64,000 nt of DNA from Gammaproteobacteria bacterium (GCA_965277715.1 OZ255836.1:1856001-1920000); one strand, 5' to 3'. Positions 33,651 to 44,689 are shown, counted from the first letter of the stretch. A program made the numbers and translations. The notes: generated by a model from the sequence alone, not told the origin.

Positions 33651-35075
33651 TCAATTAGCATATTGCCCACAACCCCGGCCACGGGTTGTCGCGTTATTTT
33701 TGGCTTGCACAAAAGCATTGACTGAACGCGTGATGTCTTCTTCCGTTGTTGCCCAAGAGCAAACACTGATGCGTATAACGGGTTTATCGAACCACTTCGA
33801 CCCACCAACCCAGGCCTCGCCGGATGCCTGGATGTCGCGAATAATTTTATTTGTTGTTTCTTCATCCCCGCAATCGACGAGAACCTGATTGAATTCAATA
33901 TCGTTTACAATGTTAAAGCCAGCCGACCTGAGTTCATCTGAAAACTGTTTTGCTCTTTCGTGTAATCCATAAACCAGCGCGTCAATTCCCGCCCGGCCAA
34001 GGTACTTCATAGCAGCCCACAACTCAATTGCCCGCGCCCGACGTGACATCTCAGGGGTGTAAAGCATGCCGTCCCGATGTTCTGAATACATAATGTAGGC
34101 GCCAGAATTTTGTAATGCCTTAACAAGTGCCTCGGGGTCGGCACACAACGCAATGCCATTGTCATACGGCGTATTGAGTGTTTTGTGTGCATCGACGCTC
34201 CATGAATCAGCCATTTCCAGCCCATCGGTTAAGTGCCTTAGCCTCTTGCTCGCGGCGGCCCAAATACCGAATGCACCATCCACATGCACCCAGGCACCGG
34301 CTTCTTTTGCTGCTTCACAACACACTCGTATAGGATCAAACGATCCAGAATTGACATTGCCAGCCTGTAGAATCAGGATTGTATTCTCGTCGAGCCTGGG
34401 CAAACCATCTGACTTCAAGCGACCCTTCTCATCCACATCCACCCATTCGATGCGGGCAGTGCCAAACCCTAACAGCGCTATCGCCTTTAGCACCGTACTG
34501 TGTGTGTGACGTCCAGTGACGAGACGAATTTTAGGTGCGCCATCCAGCCCCTGGTGGTTAATGTCCCATCCAGCCTTTTGACAGATTCGATAGCGTGCTG
34601 AAGCCAGCCCGCAAACAATCGCCATAGATGTGCCGCTAACGAAACCGGCGACAGTATTTTCAGGAAGCCCCAGCAGTTGACGTAACCAGGATTGGCATAC
34701 CTCTTCCAGCTTTGCATTCGTTGGAGAGATTGCATGGAGAACGGCGTTTTGATCCCAGGCATCGCCCAAAAAGCGCGCCGCAAGGGAAGTGGGTATAACC
34801 CCGCCGTTCACTAAACCAAAGAACCGGCCTCCGGTCTGCGCCATCGTTCCCGGCGACCCATACCGATGCAGTGTTTCGATAATCGATGATGCATCGCCTT
34901 TGCTTTCAGGCAGCGGCTCATCAAATGCTGAAAGCGCATCCTGATCACATTGGTGTGGCGCAACATGGCGACCGCACGCTTTCTGCAAATATTCTTTTCC
35001 GTAATTAATTGCTTGATCAAACAACGCGCCTGATTGCATTTGCGACTGCATCTCCTCCCGGACTTTATCTATCAT
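33651..35075 (-). CDS. Group II PLP-dependent decarboxylase
   Basis: GNVNSGSFD, WVHVDGAFG, SVDAHKTLNTPYD and PEMSRRAR motifs. Confidence 0.9.
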   Translation of the reverse strand: MIDKVREEMQSQMQSGALFDQAINYGKEYLQKACGRHVAPHQCDQDALSAFDEPLPESKGDASSIIETLHRYGSPGTMAQTGGRFFGLVNGGVIPTSLAARFLGDAWDQNAVLHAISPTNAKLEEVCQSWLRQLLGLPENTVAGFVSGTSMAIVCGLASARYRICQKAGWDINHQGLDGAPKIRLVTGRHTHSTVLKAIALLGFGTARIEWVDVDEKGRLKSDGLPRLDENTILILQAGNVNSGSFDPIRVCCEAAKEAGAWVHVDGAFGIWAAASKRLRHLTDGLEMADSWSVDAHKTLNTPYDNGIALCADPEALVKALQNSGAYIMYSEHRDGMLYTPEMSRRARAIELWAAMKYLGRAGIDALVYGLHERAKQFSDELRSAGFNIVNDIEFNQVLVDCGDEETTNKIIRDIQASGEAWVGGSKWFDKPVIRISVCSWATTEEDITRSVNAFVQAKNNATTRGRGCGQYAN

Positions 35076-36765
35076 TGTCTATTTCTACCTCGTACAAAAA
35101 AGGGGGTGTAGCCGGTTTGGCCTTATTTTCGCTGAACTCCTGTAGCGCTTGCGCGACCTCGTCGATGACCACCGACCAGTCCTGCCCTTCAGCCTGCCTA
35201 AACAGCCGCATAACGCCGGGATACCAGGGAGAGTCCTTTCGTTCCAACAGCCAGCGCCAATCCACCGCAGCGAAGGGCAACAATACCCAGCAGTTGACCC
35301 CCAAAGCGCCAGCCAGGTGAGCAATTGCGGTATCTACGCTAATCACCAGATCCAAATGGGAGATAATCGCCGCAGTATCGGCAAAATCGGCTATCTGATC
35401 ATCCAACTGAGTAATAGTGTTTTTGCTGGACAATAGCACGCCCGAACGCCCGGCCTTTTTTTGTATGCTGAAAAAGCGCACTTTCGGCACCGCCCACAGC
35501 GGCTTTAGCTGGCCCGGTGAAGCCAGCGAACGATTATTGTCGTTACTGTGCTTGGGATTACCCGCCCAGACCAGACCCACTCGCAAGTGCCCAGGGGGGG
35601 AATAGGCAGCGAGCTCAGATGCCCATCGCTGGCTGTGGCCAGCGGGTGCGTACAGGTAAGGCAGTTGTGCCGGAATCGTATCCAGCCGAGTACCAAAATA
35701 CAGCGGCAGGCTCATAATAAAACACCAATAGTCCACCGAGTCCGCCATATCCGCCCGCCAGTGCTGCTTGGCAATTACCCGGTCGGCGCCCTGAATACCA
35801 GTGAACAAGTGTTTCAGTGGGTCTTTGCAAACCAGGCTAAGGCATTTTACACCCCAGCGTTTTAGCAACGGCAGGTAGCGGACAAACTGAATTTCGTCAC
35901 CAAAGCCCTGTTCGTACCAGACCAACAGGTTTTTGCCCTGTAACGGCTCACCAGACCACCGGGGAGCTGTTATTTCTGGCGGTGGGATAGAGTGATTTTC
36001 ACGCCGCGAATCAAAGCGCGCCTCGTAAGCCTGCCAGCCTTCCTCGAAATCGCCCTGGCGCAATAACCCACAGGCCAGATTGAAGCGTGCACCGGGATAG
36101 TCGGCCTCCAATTCCAGCGCCCGCCGGTAGCAATCTACAGCCTCTGCGTAACGGCCTAACCAACACAAAACCGCACCACGATTGTTAACCGCCGGGGCAA
36201 AACGGCTATCAATCTCAAGCGCCCTATCGTAGCTCGCCAACGCCTCCCCATATCGATGAGTCTGCTGTAACGCCCGGCCCAGGTTATTGTGTATGGGAGC
36301 ATAACCCGGGTTAAGCACTAATGCGCGGGTAAAACATTCTATTGCCTCGTCATGCCGATTTAACGACAGCAGGACATCACCCTTGTTGTTAGATGCTTTA
36401 ACTTCCCGGGGGTTTAACGCCAGTGCCTGGTTGTAGCTTACCAAGGCCTCTTTGTAGCGACGCAACGCCTGCTGGGCGACACCGTGGTTACAATAGGCCA
36501 CGGCATAGTCAGGCTGGATTTGATACGCCCGCTGAAAACTGTTCGCCGCTTCCTGGTAACGCCCGAGCATAACCCAGGCCCTCCCCTGAGCGTTGCAGGC
36601 TTTAGCGTGATTGGGGTCGAGAGCGAGTACTTCATCGTAGCAGGCAATAGCTTGTTGATAACGTTGCGCTTTCTCGTGCGTGTTACCCCTTTGGTAGGCG
36701 CTGGATACGCTGTTACGGCGGACTGTTTTAACAGGACCCAGTGCAATTTTTAATCGGCCAGTCAT
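35065..36765 (-). CDS. TPR-repeat protein with C-terminal GT9-like glycosyltransferase domain
   Basis: Multiple TPRs; EQGFGDEIQFVRY, VGLVWAG and DLVISVDTAIAHLAGALG motifs. Confidence 0.9.
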   Translation of the reverse strand: MTGRLKIALGPVKTVRRNSVSSAYQRGNTHEKAQRYQQAIACYDEVLALDPNHAKACNAQGRAWVMLGRYQEAANSFQRAYQIQPDYAVAYCNHGVAQQALRRYKEALVSYNQALALNPREVKASNNKGDVLLSLNRHDEAIECFTRALVLNPGYAPIHNNLGRALQQTHRYGEALASYDRALEIDSRFAPAVNNRGAVLCWLGRYAEAVDCYRRALELEADYPGARFNLACGLLRQGDFEEGWQAYEARFDSRRENHSIPPPEITAPRWSGEPLQGKNLLVWYEQGFGDEIQFVRYLPLLKRWGVKCLSLVCKDPLKHLFTGIQGADRVIAKQHWRADMADSVDYWCFIMSLPLYFGTRLDTIPAQLPYLYAPAGHSQRWASELAAYSPPGHLRVGLVWAGNPKHSNDNNRSLASPGQLKPLWAVPKVRFFSIQKKAGRSGVLLSSKNTITQLDDQIADFADTAAIISHLDLVISVDTAIAHLAGALGVNCWVLLPFAAVDWRWLLERKDSPWYPGVMRLFRQAEGQDWSVVIDEVAQALQEFSENKAKPATPPFLYEVEIDNDR

Positions 36766-36984
36766 TTCGGACTCTTCTTAGTATCGTACACCGTCTACCT
36801 TATATTGTTGGGTTCAGCGTTGTTTTTACTCACCATAGCACCACAAATATTGCCCTTTGACGATAAAAAATTTGCCCGGCGGGCAAATAAACCGGTGATA
36901 TTACCGCGAGTTGTTGTGCCAAAACAGTTAACTTTCCAAAGCGATGGTTTGCAGAAAATAAAGGCACAATAAGACCAACAGAAA

Positions 36985-37140
36985 TTTCCCGAAACCTCTG
37001 CAATAACATCCTCGTATTCCGGCCACCAGCCTAACTGCAACCGGGCTTTTTCCCCGCTCATCCGTTGATCTAATGGATAACCTTCAGCCCAACTGCCGAT
37101 CTCAGAAACCGCTGTCTTTATATCGCAGAATTGCATCGCC
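36985..37140 (-). pseudogene. C-terminal remnant of an NAD-dependent epimerase/dehydratase
   Basis: 'EIGSWAEGYPLDQRMSGEKARLQLGWWP' resembles the extended-SDR C-terminus. Confidence 0.55.
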
Positions 37141-37226
37141 ACTGCATACGACGGGGAAAAAAACAATTTGACCCACCAGTCACCTGAAATATACCGTATG
37201 CAGTCTTTTGCCAAACCAACCCACTG

Positions 37227-38645
37227 ATGCCTGAGTTTTTTCACCACGACACCCCACCGAATACTCTATTTGATGTGATCGTCGTGGGTGCTGGCGTAGT
37301 CGGTTGTGCGGTTGCGCGCCGCTTTACCCTGGAAGGCGCCAATGTACTGCTGATCGAAAAATCATCTGATCCACTGGACGGTGCCAGCAAAGGCAATAGC
37401 GCAATTTTGCACACCGGCTTTGACGCACCACCACCAGAAAGCCAGGAACACGGCTGCATTGTTGCGGGTTACCACGAGTACCTGGAAATTCGTGCGCAAT
37501 TGAATCTGCCGCTGCTAGCGTGTGGCGCGCTGGTACTGGCCTGGAGTGAAGCAGAGGCAGCTCAGCTCGATAAGCTGCGACAACATGCACACCACAACGG
37601 CATTGATAACACCAGCATCATCAGCGCCAGCCAGGTGTTGTGCCGGGAACCCCAGCTCGATAACTCAGTCTGCGCCGCCATTGCCGTGCCGGGTGAATCG
37701 TTAATTGACCCGTGGAGCGCACCCCATGCATACCTGCTGCAAGCGCTCGAAAACGGCGCGGGCCTGATGCGTGACTGCGCATTGCTCGGCGGCACATTTG
37801 ATGGCGGCGCCTGGACGCTTGAGACCAGCCGTGGCAGCCTGCGTGGCCGACAGGTCATCAACTGCGCCGGTCTCTACGGCGATCACGTCAACCGCTTACT
37901 GATGGGTGAAGCCCCCTTTACAATCCGGCCACGCAAAGGCCAGTTTGTTGTTTTCGATAAATCAGCGCGGGCGCTTACTCAATCGATTCTGCTGCCAGTG
38001 CCCAATAAGGTGACCAAAGGCGTTGTGGTTTGCCCGACAATGTTTGGCAACCTATTGGTCGGGCCAACGGCGGAAGAACAATCAAGCCGCGATGATGCCA
38101 GCGTCGATACCGCCGCACTCAAACAGCTAATCGCAACCGGCCAATCCATCCTCCCCGCTTTGCGTGAACAGGCGGTGACTGCCGTTTACGCCGGCATCCG
38201 GCCCGCGACCGAATTCAAAGATTACCAAATTCAGTGGCACCACCAACACCAATACTGCTGTGTGGGCGGTATCCGCTCCACTGGGTTGAGCGCGGCACTG
38301 GGCATCGCCCGGCTGGTTTTCAGGCAATACGCAGCATCCGGCGCGCAGCACACACCCCCCGCTTCGATTCGATGGCCACGACTGCCGACGCTGGCCGAAC
38401 ACGAACAGCGCGACTGGCAACAGGCCGGAAACCAAGGCATCGTCTGCCACTGCGAGCAGGTGACCCGGCGTGAAATTCAGCGGGCGCTCGACGGGCCAAT
38501 GCCACCGCGTAGCCTGGCCGGATTGAAACGCCGCACCCGAGCCACTATGGGCCGCTGCCAGGGGTTCTACTGCACAGCGGCCTTGAGTGAACTCACCGAT
38601 GGGCGCTTTACACAAGCGCTCAGTGAAAGGATGGCGAAAACATGA
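37227..38645 (+). CDS. FAD-dependent oxidoreductase (GlpA/LhgO-like) with C-terminal BFD-like [2Fe-2S] domain
   Basis: GAGVVG, ASKGNSAILHTG, CHCEQV and MGRCQGFYC motifs. Confidence 0.9.
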   Translation: MPEFFHHDTPPNTLFDVIVVGAGVVGCAVARRFTLEGANVLLIEKSSDPLDGASKGNSAILHTGFDAPPPESQEHGCIVAGYHEYLEIRAQLNLPLLACGALVLAWSEAEAAQLDKLRQHAHHNGIDNTSIISASQVLCREPQLDNSVCAAIAVPGESLIDPWSAPHAYLLQALENGAGLMRDCALLGGTFDGGAWTLETSRGSLRGRQVINCAGLYGDHVNRLLMGEAPFTIRPRKGQFVVFDKSARALTQSILLPVPNKVTKGVVVCPTMFGNLLVGPTAEEQSSRDDASVDTAALKQLIATGQSILPALREQAVTAVYAGIRPATEFKDYQIQWHHQHQYCCVGGIRSTGLSAALGIARLVFRQYAASGAQHTPPASIRWPRLPTLAEHEQRDWQQAGNQGIVCHCEQVTRREIQRALDGPMPPRSLAGLKRRTRATMGRCQGFYCTAALSELTDGRFTQALSERMAKT

Positions 38646-39904
38646 AACAGGCGCACTGCCAAGTGGCGATTGTGGGCGCGGGGCCGGGCGGTTTAGCGGC
38701 GGCCATTGAACTCAAACGGCTGGGTGTAAGGGACGTGGTGCTTATCGATCGCGAGCCTGTAGCGGGCGGTATTCCCCGCCATTGCGGGCACTCACCGTTT
38801 GGCCTGCGTGAATTCCAGCGCATTCTCTCCGGGCCACAGTATGCACAACGATTGGTAAAACAGGCCATCACCGCCGGTATCAGTTTGCAATTAAACACCA
38901 CCGTGACCGCACTCAAACCCGGCGGCATGCTCAGCCTGTCAACGCCGGATGGCACGTGCAAACTAGCCGCAGAAAAAGTCATACTGTGTACCGGCAACCG
39001 CGAATCACCGCGCTCGGCGAGACTGGTTTCCGGCACGCGCCCCCTGGGCATCGTCACCACCAGCGCCTTACAGTCGATGGTCTACCTCAAACAACGGCGC
39101 CCGTTTAAATACCCGGTGATAATTGGTTCCGAGCTAGTGGCATTTTCAGCGCTGCTCACCTGCCGACACGCTGGCATTAACGTAGCCGCCATGGTCGAGC
39201 CTGAAACGCGTATCACCGCCCTCCGGGGCGCAAGCCTGTTGCCACGCCTGCTCGGCACGCCGTTACTGCTGGATACATCACTCCAGACAATCAACGGCCA
39301 GGAACGGCTTGAGTCAGTGACCCTGCTCACAGGGAGTGGTAAAACCCAAACGCTCCCGTGCGATGGCGTGATTTTTAGCGGTCAATTTGTACCGGAAGCC
39401 AGCCTGATTACCACCAGCCACCTGCACAAAGACCACCGCAGTGGTGGCCCGGTGGTCGATCAGTATTACCGCTGCTCCGATCCCGGCTACTTCGCCTGTG
39501 GCAACCTGCTACACCCCGTCGATACAGCGGGCTGGTGCTGGTCTGAAGGCCGCCGGGTTGCGGCATGTGTCAACGCGGCATTAAAGGGCGCCCTGCCCGC
39601 TGCCAGCCAATTTATTGCGATCAATACAGCGGATGAGCACATCAAATACGTTACGCCACAGCGTATTGCATTACCCGATAATGCGAAAAGCCGTGCGGTC
39701 GCCGCACCCACGCAGGCCTTTCAACTGCGCTTTGCAAGCAATACACGCGGCCACCTGCAATTGCGTGACGACAAGGGCGTTTCACTCATACGCCGTAAAT
39801 TGCGGGTGCTGCGTGAGCGGCGTGTTTTACTCCCCCTACCCACCACTAACGACCTGCATAAAACCTCCAGCCTGTCACTGGGCTTTCACCCTCAAAAAGC
39901 CTGA
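38642..39904 (+). CDS. Pyridine nucleotide-disulfide oxidoreductase, partner subunit
   Basis: GAGPGG, GGIPRHCGH and FACGN motifs; ATGA-coupled to the upstream gene. Confidence 0.88.
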   Translation: MKQAHCQVAIVGAGPGGLAAAIELKRLGVRDVVLIDREPVAGGIPRHCGHSPFGLREFQRILSGPQYAQRLVKQAITAGISLQLNTTVTALKPGGMLSLSTPDGTCKLAAEKVILCTGNRESPRSARLVSGTRPLGIVTTSALQSMVYLKQRRPFKYPVIIGSELVAFSALLTCRHAGINVAAMVEPETRITALRGASLLPRLLGTPLLLDTSLQTINGQERLESVTLLTGSGKTQTLPCDGVIFSGQFVPEASLITTSHLHKDHRSGGPVVDQYYRCSDPGYFACGNLLHPVDTAGWCWSEGRRVAACVNAALKGALPAASQFIAINTADEHIKYVTPQRIALPDNAKSRAVAAPTQAFQLRFASNTRGHLQLRDDKGVSLIRRKLRVLRERRVLLPLPTTNDLHKTSSLSLGFHPQKA

Positions 39905-39924
39905 CTGAGGCAACGGTCTCCAGC

Positions 39925-41211
39925 ATGAGCAATAAACACATCGAATGGCCAGAGAGCCTGTGGAAAGCCACAGCGACACCACTACAGCCCCTACCCGCAT
40001 TGCCCGGCGATATGGAAACCGATTTATTGATAGTAGGTGCTGGTTACACGGGCCTATCGACCGCACTGCACGCGCTCGATAACACCTCAGATATTACCGT
40101 TATCGACCAGGCCCAGCCGGGCTGGGGGTGTTCCGGGCGCAACGGCGGCCAGGTAAACCCGCAGTGGAAGCCATCGGTAAACGCATTGCAGCAACTGTAT
40201 CCAGGCAAGGCGTTTGACCAATTTATCGCGACACTCGACGCCTCATCGCGTTTGGTATTCGACCTAATCGAACGCCACAATATCGACTGCCACACAGTCC
40301 GCAACGGCTGCCTTATTCCAACACGGGGGGCAAAAGGCCTGGCGTATTTAACACACTGGTCACAGCTTTGGCGGGAATACGGTGCCAATGTCACATTGCT
40401 CGATGCCAGGGCCAGCGCTGAATTGATCGGCACAAACGCCTACAGTGCCTGCATGTTCGACCGGCGTGGGGGTACGGTGCAGCCGTTATCCTATGCACGC
40501 GGGCTGGCGAAAGCGTGCCTGAAAAATAAGGTCAAACTATTCGCCGACACACAAGCCTTGTCCGTTACCCGCACAAACCAGATGTGGGTCGTAACAACCC
40601 GAAAAGGGCGGATCACATGCAAGCGCCTGCTTATCGCTACCAATGGTTACACCGATAAATTGTGGCCCGGCCTGGCGCAATCCATCATCCCGGTCGCCAG
40701 CATGTTAACCGCCACCAGACCACTCCCGCCGGATGTCGCCGATGGCATCTTGCCAGGGCGACAGCCCGTTGCCGAGTATGCCGGTGTGCCCGCTTATTAC
40801 CACATCGATGCATCCGGGCGTTTAGTCTTTGGTTGGCGGGGCACACGGCTGGGCGGTATAGGCGGGCTGAATACTGGCCACCTGAAAGCACAGGCAGTGA
40901 AAACCTTTCCGGCGTTGCAATCGGCGCAATGGGAGTACGACTGGGCGGGTTACGTCGGCGTCACCAGCCACCAACGCCCCATGCTGATCAGACTGGCCGA
41001 CAATGCCTATGCCGGTCTGGGCTACAACGGTCGCGGTATCACCATGGCGACGATGATGGGCAGACAACTGGCGCAGGCGTTAAACGGTGAAGATACCAGC
41101 GTACCGATCCAGGCATTGGAAAAAGTGCGCCTGCATTCGTTCTATCCACTGGGCGGCGCGGCGCGGATTGCCTACGGACATGCTTGTGATTTTATTGTTG
41201 ATCGATCCTGA
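39925..41211 (+). CDS. FAD-binding oxidoreductase (DAO family)
   Basis: GAGYTGLSTA, GCSGRNGGQ and GYNGRG motifs. Confidence 0.9.
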   Translation: MSNKHIEWPESLWKATATPLQPLPALPGDMETDLLIVGAGYTGLSTALHALDNTSDITVIDQAQPGWGCSGRNGGQVNPQWKPSVNALQQLYPGKAFDQFIATLDASSRLVFDLIERHNIDCHTVRNGCLIPTRGAKGLAYLTHWSQLWREYGANVTLLDARASAELIGTNAYSACMFDRRGGTVQPLSYARGLAKACLKNKVKLFADTQALSVTRTNQMWVVTTRKGRITCKRLLIATNGYTDKLWPGLAQSIIPVASMLTATRPLPPDVADGILPGRQPVAEYAGVPAYYHIDASGRLVFGWRGTRLGGIGGLNTGHLKAQAVKTFPALQSAQWEYDWAGYVGVTSHQRPMLIRLADNAYAGLGYNGRGITMATMMGRQLAQALNGEDTSVPIQALEKVRLHSFYPLGGAARIAYGHACDFIVDRS

Positions 41212-41220
41212 ACCAATCGC

Positions 41221-41430
41221 GGAATTTAGGTTCAACAACCCTCTTATCGCCCGGCCATGCCTCACCTTCCAGGCGCTTGCCAACGCACCTGAAAAAGACT
41301 CCAGATGCGGATTCAACGACGGCTTTTAAATCGAAAGCCCCCGCTGTCGAACACCCAGCGCGTCAGCTATACTGAATTACTCTCAAACACCCTGCAAAAA
41401 AACCACCCCGGAACCCGCTATGGACCAAAG
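41221..41430 (+). repeat. 210-bp direct repeat of the hsdM upstream region and first codons (other copy 49708-49917)
   Basis: Four mismatches seen by eye; ends at ATGGACCAAAG. Confidence 0.95.
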
Positions 41431-42045
41431 TAAAGGGTGTAACAGCAGATAAGCTCGATAGCTATTCCTGGTCGAGTTACCACGCTTACATCAACCAAGC
41501 CAAAGCACCAGAATGGTTGCATCGAGAGGCAACCTTATAGTGCACTCTGTGCTAAACAACGTTACGTTGCTTATAAGACATATGTTGGTCGAGGTATTGA
41601 TGAGGACATCAGCCGTTTTTATAACAAAGGCAATGTGGCGACGATACTGGGTGACAAATCCTTCAAGACGTATATTGCCGAAAACCGGGAGTCGATGCAC
41701 ATATCGGGGGACTTGTCCCGTATTGTGACGGACAAGCCAAACGGTGCAGCTATAGTCGATGCAGTGGCAGCGGTGTTTGGCGTTAACGCGAGTGATGTAC
41801 TTACGCGACAGCGGGGTAAACAACGGGCGAATCTGCCTCGTAAAGTAGCGATATATTGTTGTCAGCAATTGGGAGATATGCCGTTAAAAACGCTGGTTGA
41901 TATGTTTGGATATAGTCGTGTTAGTAGCCTTTCTCCTGCAATTGATTATGTAAAGAGTGGGCTGTCAGACGGCAGCTTGAAGGGCGTGTTTGAGCAGGTT
42001 TGCAAACGTTTGAAAGATATTAAATACGATTGACCCCTTTTTTTT
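41428..42045 (+). mobile_element. Y1/RAYT-like transposase element, copy A (5'-truncated)
   Basis: Near-identical to 47919-48533; ends TGACCCC plus T-tract; ORF 41635-42033. Confidence 0.9.
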
Positions 42046-42302
42046 AACGCGAGTGATGTACTTACACGACAGCGGGGGAGACAACGGGCGAATCTGCCTC
42101 GTAAAGTAGCGATATATTGTTGTCAGCAATTGGGAGATATGCCGTTAAAAACGCTGGTTGATATGTTTGGATATAGTCGTGTTAGTAGCCTTTCTCCTGC
42201 AACTGATTATGTAAAGAGTGGGCTGTCAGACGGCAGCTTGAAGGGCGTGTTTGAGCAGGTTTGCAACCGTTTGAAAAATATTAAATATGATTGACCCCTT
42301 TT
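42044..42302 (+). mobile_element. Y1/RAYT-like element, copy B (3' ~255 bp only)
   Basis: Tandem repeat of the gene's 3' end; TGACCCC at 42292-42298. Confidence 0.9.
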
Positions 42303-42320
42303 CTTTTTTATTTTTTCACG

Positions 42321-42512
42321 CTACTTTTTACTTTTTATTATCGAACTACGTCCTGTTACTCCGTAGTAACCAAGAAAAAGGCCGACAATAATAAATATTG
42401 TCGCAGTCGATTTATTCAAAAATTCTGGAAACTGCGGTAGCAACGTCTCAAGCCCCATGAACAACATAGCACTAGAAATCAGAAGAGCACATAACCTAAG
42501 AACAATTTTCAT
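42321..42512 (-). CDS. Small 2-TM protein, putative immunity protein
   Basis: 63 aa from ATG 42512; two hydrophobic helices; starts 10 bp after the toxin stop. Confidence 0.6.
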   Translation of the reverse strand: MKIVLRLCALLISSAMLFMGLETLLPQFPEFLNKSTATIFIIVGLFLGYYGVTGRSSIIKSKK

Positions 42513-42522
42513 TTTGCTATTC

Positions 42523-42966
42523 TCAAAAATTTGTACATTCGACTCGACAATAACCTTGGGCTCCAAGTTGAAAGCCAATAGCTCCAGCACCTAAAATCAG
42601 ACTTGCCGCATTGAACTTCCTAAATTGCGACAATGTTCTTAACTGTCTCTGGCCAGTCTGAAACTGTTTACTATTGCCATAGGAATTTCTGTTCCCTTGC
42701 TTTTGCAACTCGGTATCAAGAGCTTCTGCAACTTCATTACCCACGATCCCCGACAGACTTAAAGGATTTAAAGCACCAGCAGTTTCATACAGGGCACCGT
42801 AATTGTCCATAATACAAGTAGCAACACATTGCTTAAATTCATTTTTCCCAGAAATTTGATTACCAGTTGGCTGTTGAGACTGATTGCTATCACCATCCGC
42901 CCTCCAAGCACTCAACTCCGCATTAAACAAATGAGTAAACGCCGCAGTCTGTGCCCCATTTGCAAA
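42523..42966 (-). pseudogene. Orphan Rhs/polymorphic toxin C-terminal tip
   Basis: Begins at FANGAQTAAFTHLFN, a pre-toxin motif of Rhs proteins, followed by a variable domain with a Gly-rich hydrophobic end; no Rhs core upstream. Confidence 0.7.
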
Positions 42967-43368
42967 GATAGGTACGCTTGACGTGCATCCTCGTACCGAT
43001 GCCACTTTTCCTTTGATAAAACAATTAGTTAAACGTATCTTTTCCTTGATGCCATCCTGTTCTTGCGATTTTTTCCCTTGAGGCGGTTTTGGCACCGAGA
43101 CGACCAGCGCGGTACTTTTTTTCTGGATAGAAGCCGCCATCAGGTACAGCCAGGCCAACCGCCACAGACAGAGAACCTGCGGGGCATTAAGTTGAAGGGG
43201 GGATTGAGTCAGACACGTCATGCCCGATAGTTTACGCGATGATGGCACGATCACGAAGGCTTCTGTTTTTAGCGGCTTTTTTCTGAACCTTCAGGCCGCT
43301 AAAAGGCCGGGATTGCACCGGCCTTTATTGATTACTTGCACGGCTTCCAGAAAAGAAAAAAAGCAAAA

Positions 43369-43940
43369 AAAAGGGGTCAATCTTAAACAAAAGAGGTCAA
43401 TCCTATTTAATATTTTCAAAATAGTATAAATTTAATAGTGCACTCGGTGCTAAACAACGTTACGTTGCTTATAAGACATATGTTGGTCGAGGTATTGATG
43501 AGGACATTAGCCGTTTTTATAACAAAGGCAATGTGGCGACGATACTGGGTGACAAATCCTTCAAGACGTATATTGCCGAAAACCGGGAGTCGATGTACAT
43601 ATCGGGGGACTTGTCCCGTATTGTGGCGGACAAGCCAAAGGGTGCAGCTATAGTCGATGCAGTGGCAGCGGTGTTTGGCGTTAACGCGAGTGATGTATTT
43701 ACGCGACAGCGGGGGAGACAACGGGCGAATCTGCCTCGTAAAGTAGCGATATATTGTTGTCAGCAATTGGGGGATATGCCGTTAAAAACGCTGGTTGATA
43801 TGTTTGGGTATAGTCGTGTTAGTAGCCTTTCTCCTGCAATTGATTATGTAAAGAGTGGGCTGTCAGACGGCAGCTTGAAGGGCGTGTTTGAGCAGGTTTG
43901 CAACCGTTTGAAAAATATTAAATACGATTGACCCCTTTTC
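43369..43940 (+). mobile_element. Y1/RAYT-like element, copy C (both ends, internal deletion)
   Basis: Duplicated left end (GGGGTCA 43373, GAGGTCA 43393), jump at ~43435 to the position equivalent to ~48028, TGACCCC at 43929. Confidence 0.9.
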
Positions 43941-44596
43941 GTCTGGCTAAACAAATAATTCCTACCCAGCGACAAAGAGGAAAACCGATCCCCACTTGCT
44001 GGCCTGACTGTTGCGGATAAACTACCTGATTTTCAGGCGTATCGGGCATTGTCACAGTGGTGCCGTCAACCAATTTAACTGAACGCCCTTGCCAGTGCCA
44101 GTGACTGGCCGCTTCATTCGCCACACACTCGCCTGTACAACGGCCAAGCCCTGAGACGAGGGGGGTTGGCAGCCTTTGTCGTGCTTTACAATAACTCCCT
44201 GTCTACGTATTACTCACTGATAAACCTTCACTTAATCGCTGTACAGCGAGTGTGTTGACAGCTTGTTGGCAGGACTGATCTGCACTCATTGTTTGGTATA
44301 AAAACAGCGATAAGGTGTCTAGAGGAGGATAGCGACGCGCTCGAAAATCCGGTTGTAATTCTTCCAGTTTCGTAAGTAACTGAGAGGATGTCAGCAAGTG
44401 ATAAAAACTCAATGCATCCGAGGATTGAGCTCGGCTTTTGATGCGACGTTGAAGAATGTTGACTTTTACATTACTCTGCATGATGGCTGGTTCCTGTGGG
44501 ATAAAGGGTATTTGTGTTGGCAACAAATAACCTACCATAGAACCAGCTTTTTTTGTAATTACTTCAAATACTTACAGCTTAAGGAAGTGCCATTCG
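43941..44596 (-). mobile_element. IS4-family element fragment (frameshifted, 3'-truncated transposase)
   Basis: ATG 44481: R.YPPLDTLSLFL..SADQSCQQAV, YCKARQRLP, WQGRSVKLVDGTTVTMPDTPENQ; IR-like GAATGGCACTT near 44595. Confidence 0.85.
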
Positions 44597-44689
44597 GATC
44601 AAGGCAGTTATTTCCTATATTTCTTGCTGGAAACCACTGTTTTTATCCGTATTAGTCGTTGTATGGTGAATAATAAGCCTGACCCCCTT

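Noticed and set aside
42967-43254. N-terminal 96 aa of ORF 42523-43254 as real protein
   Set aside because: It reads through hairpin-rich DNA; recognisable similarity starts only at FANGA.
44637-44652. LexA box for intI
   Set aside because: Lacks the CAG half-site and lies on the far side of the junction.
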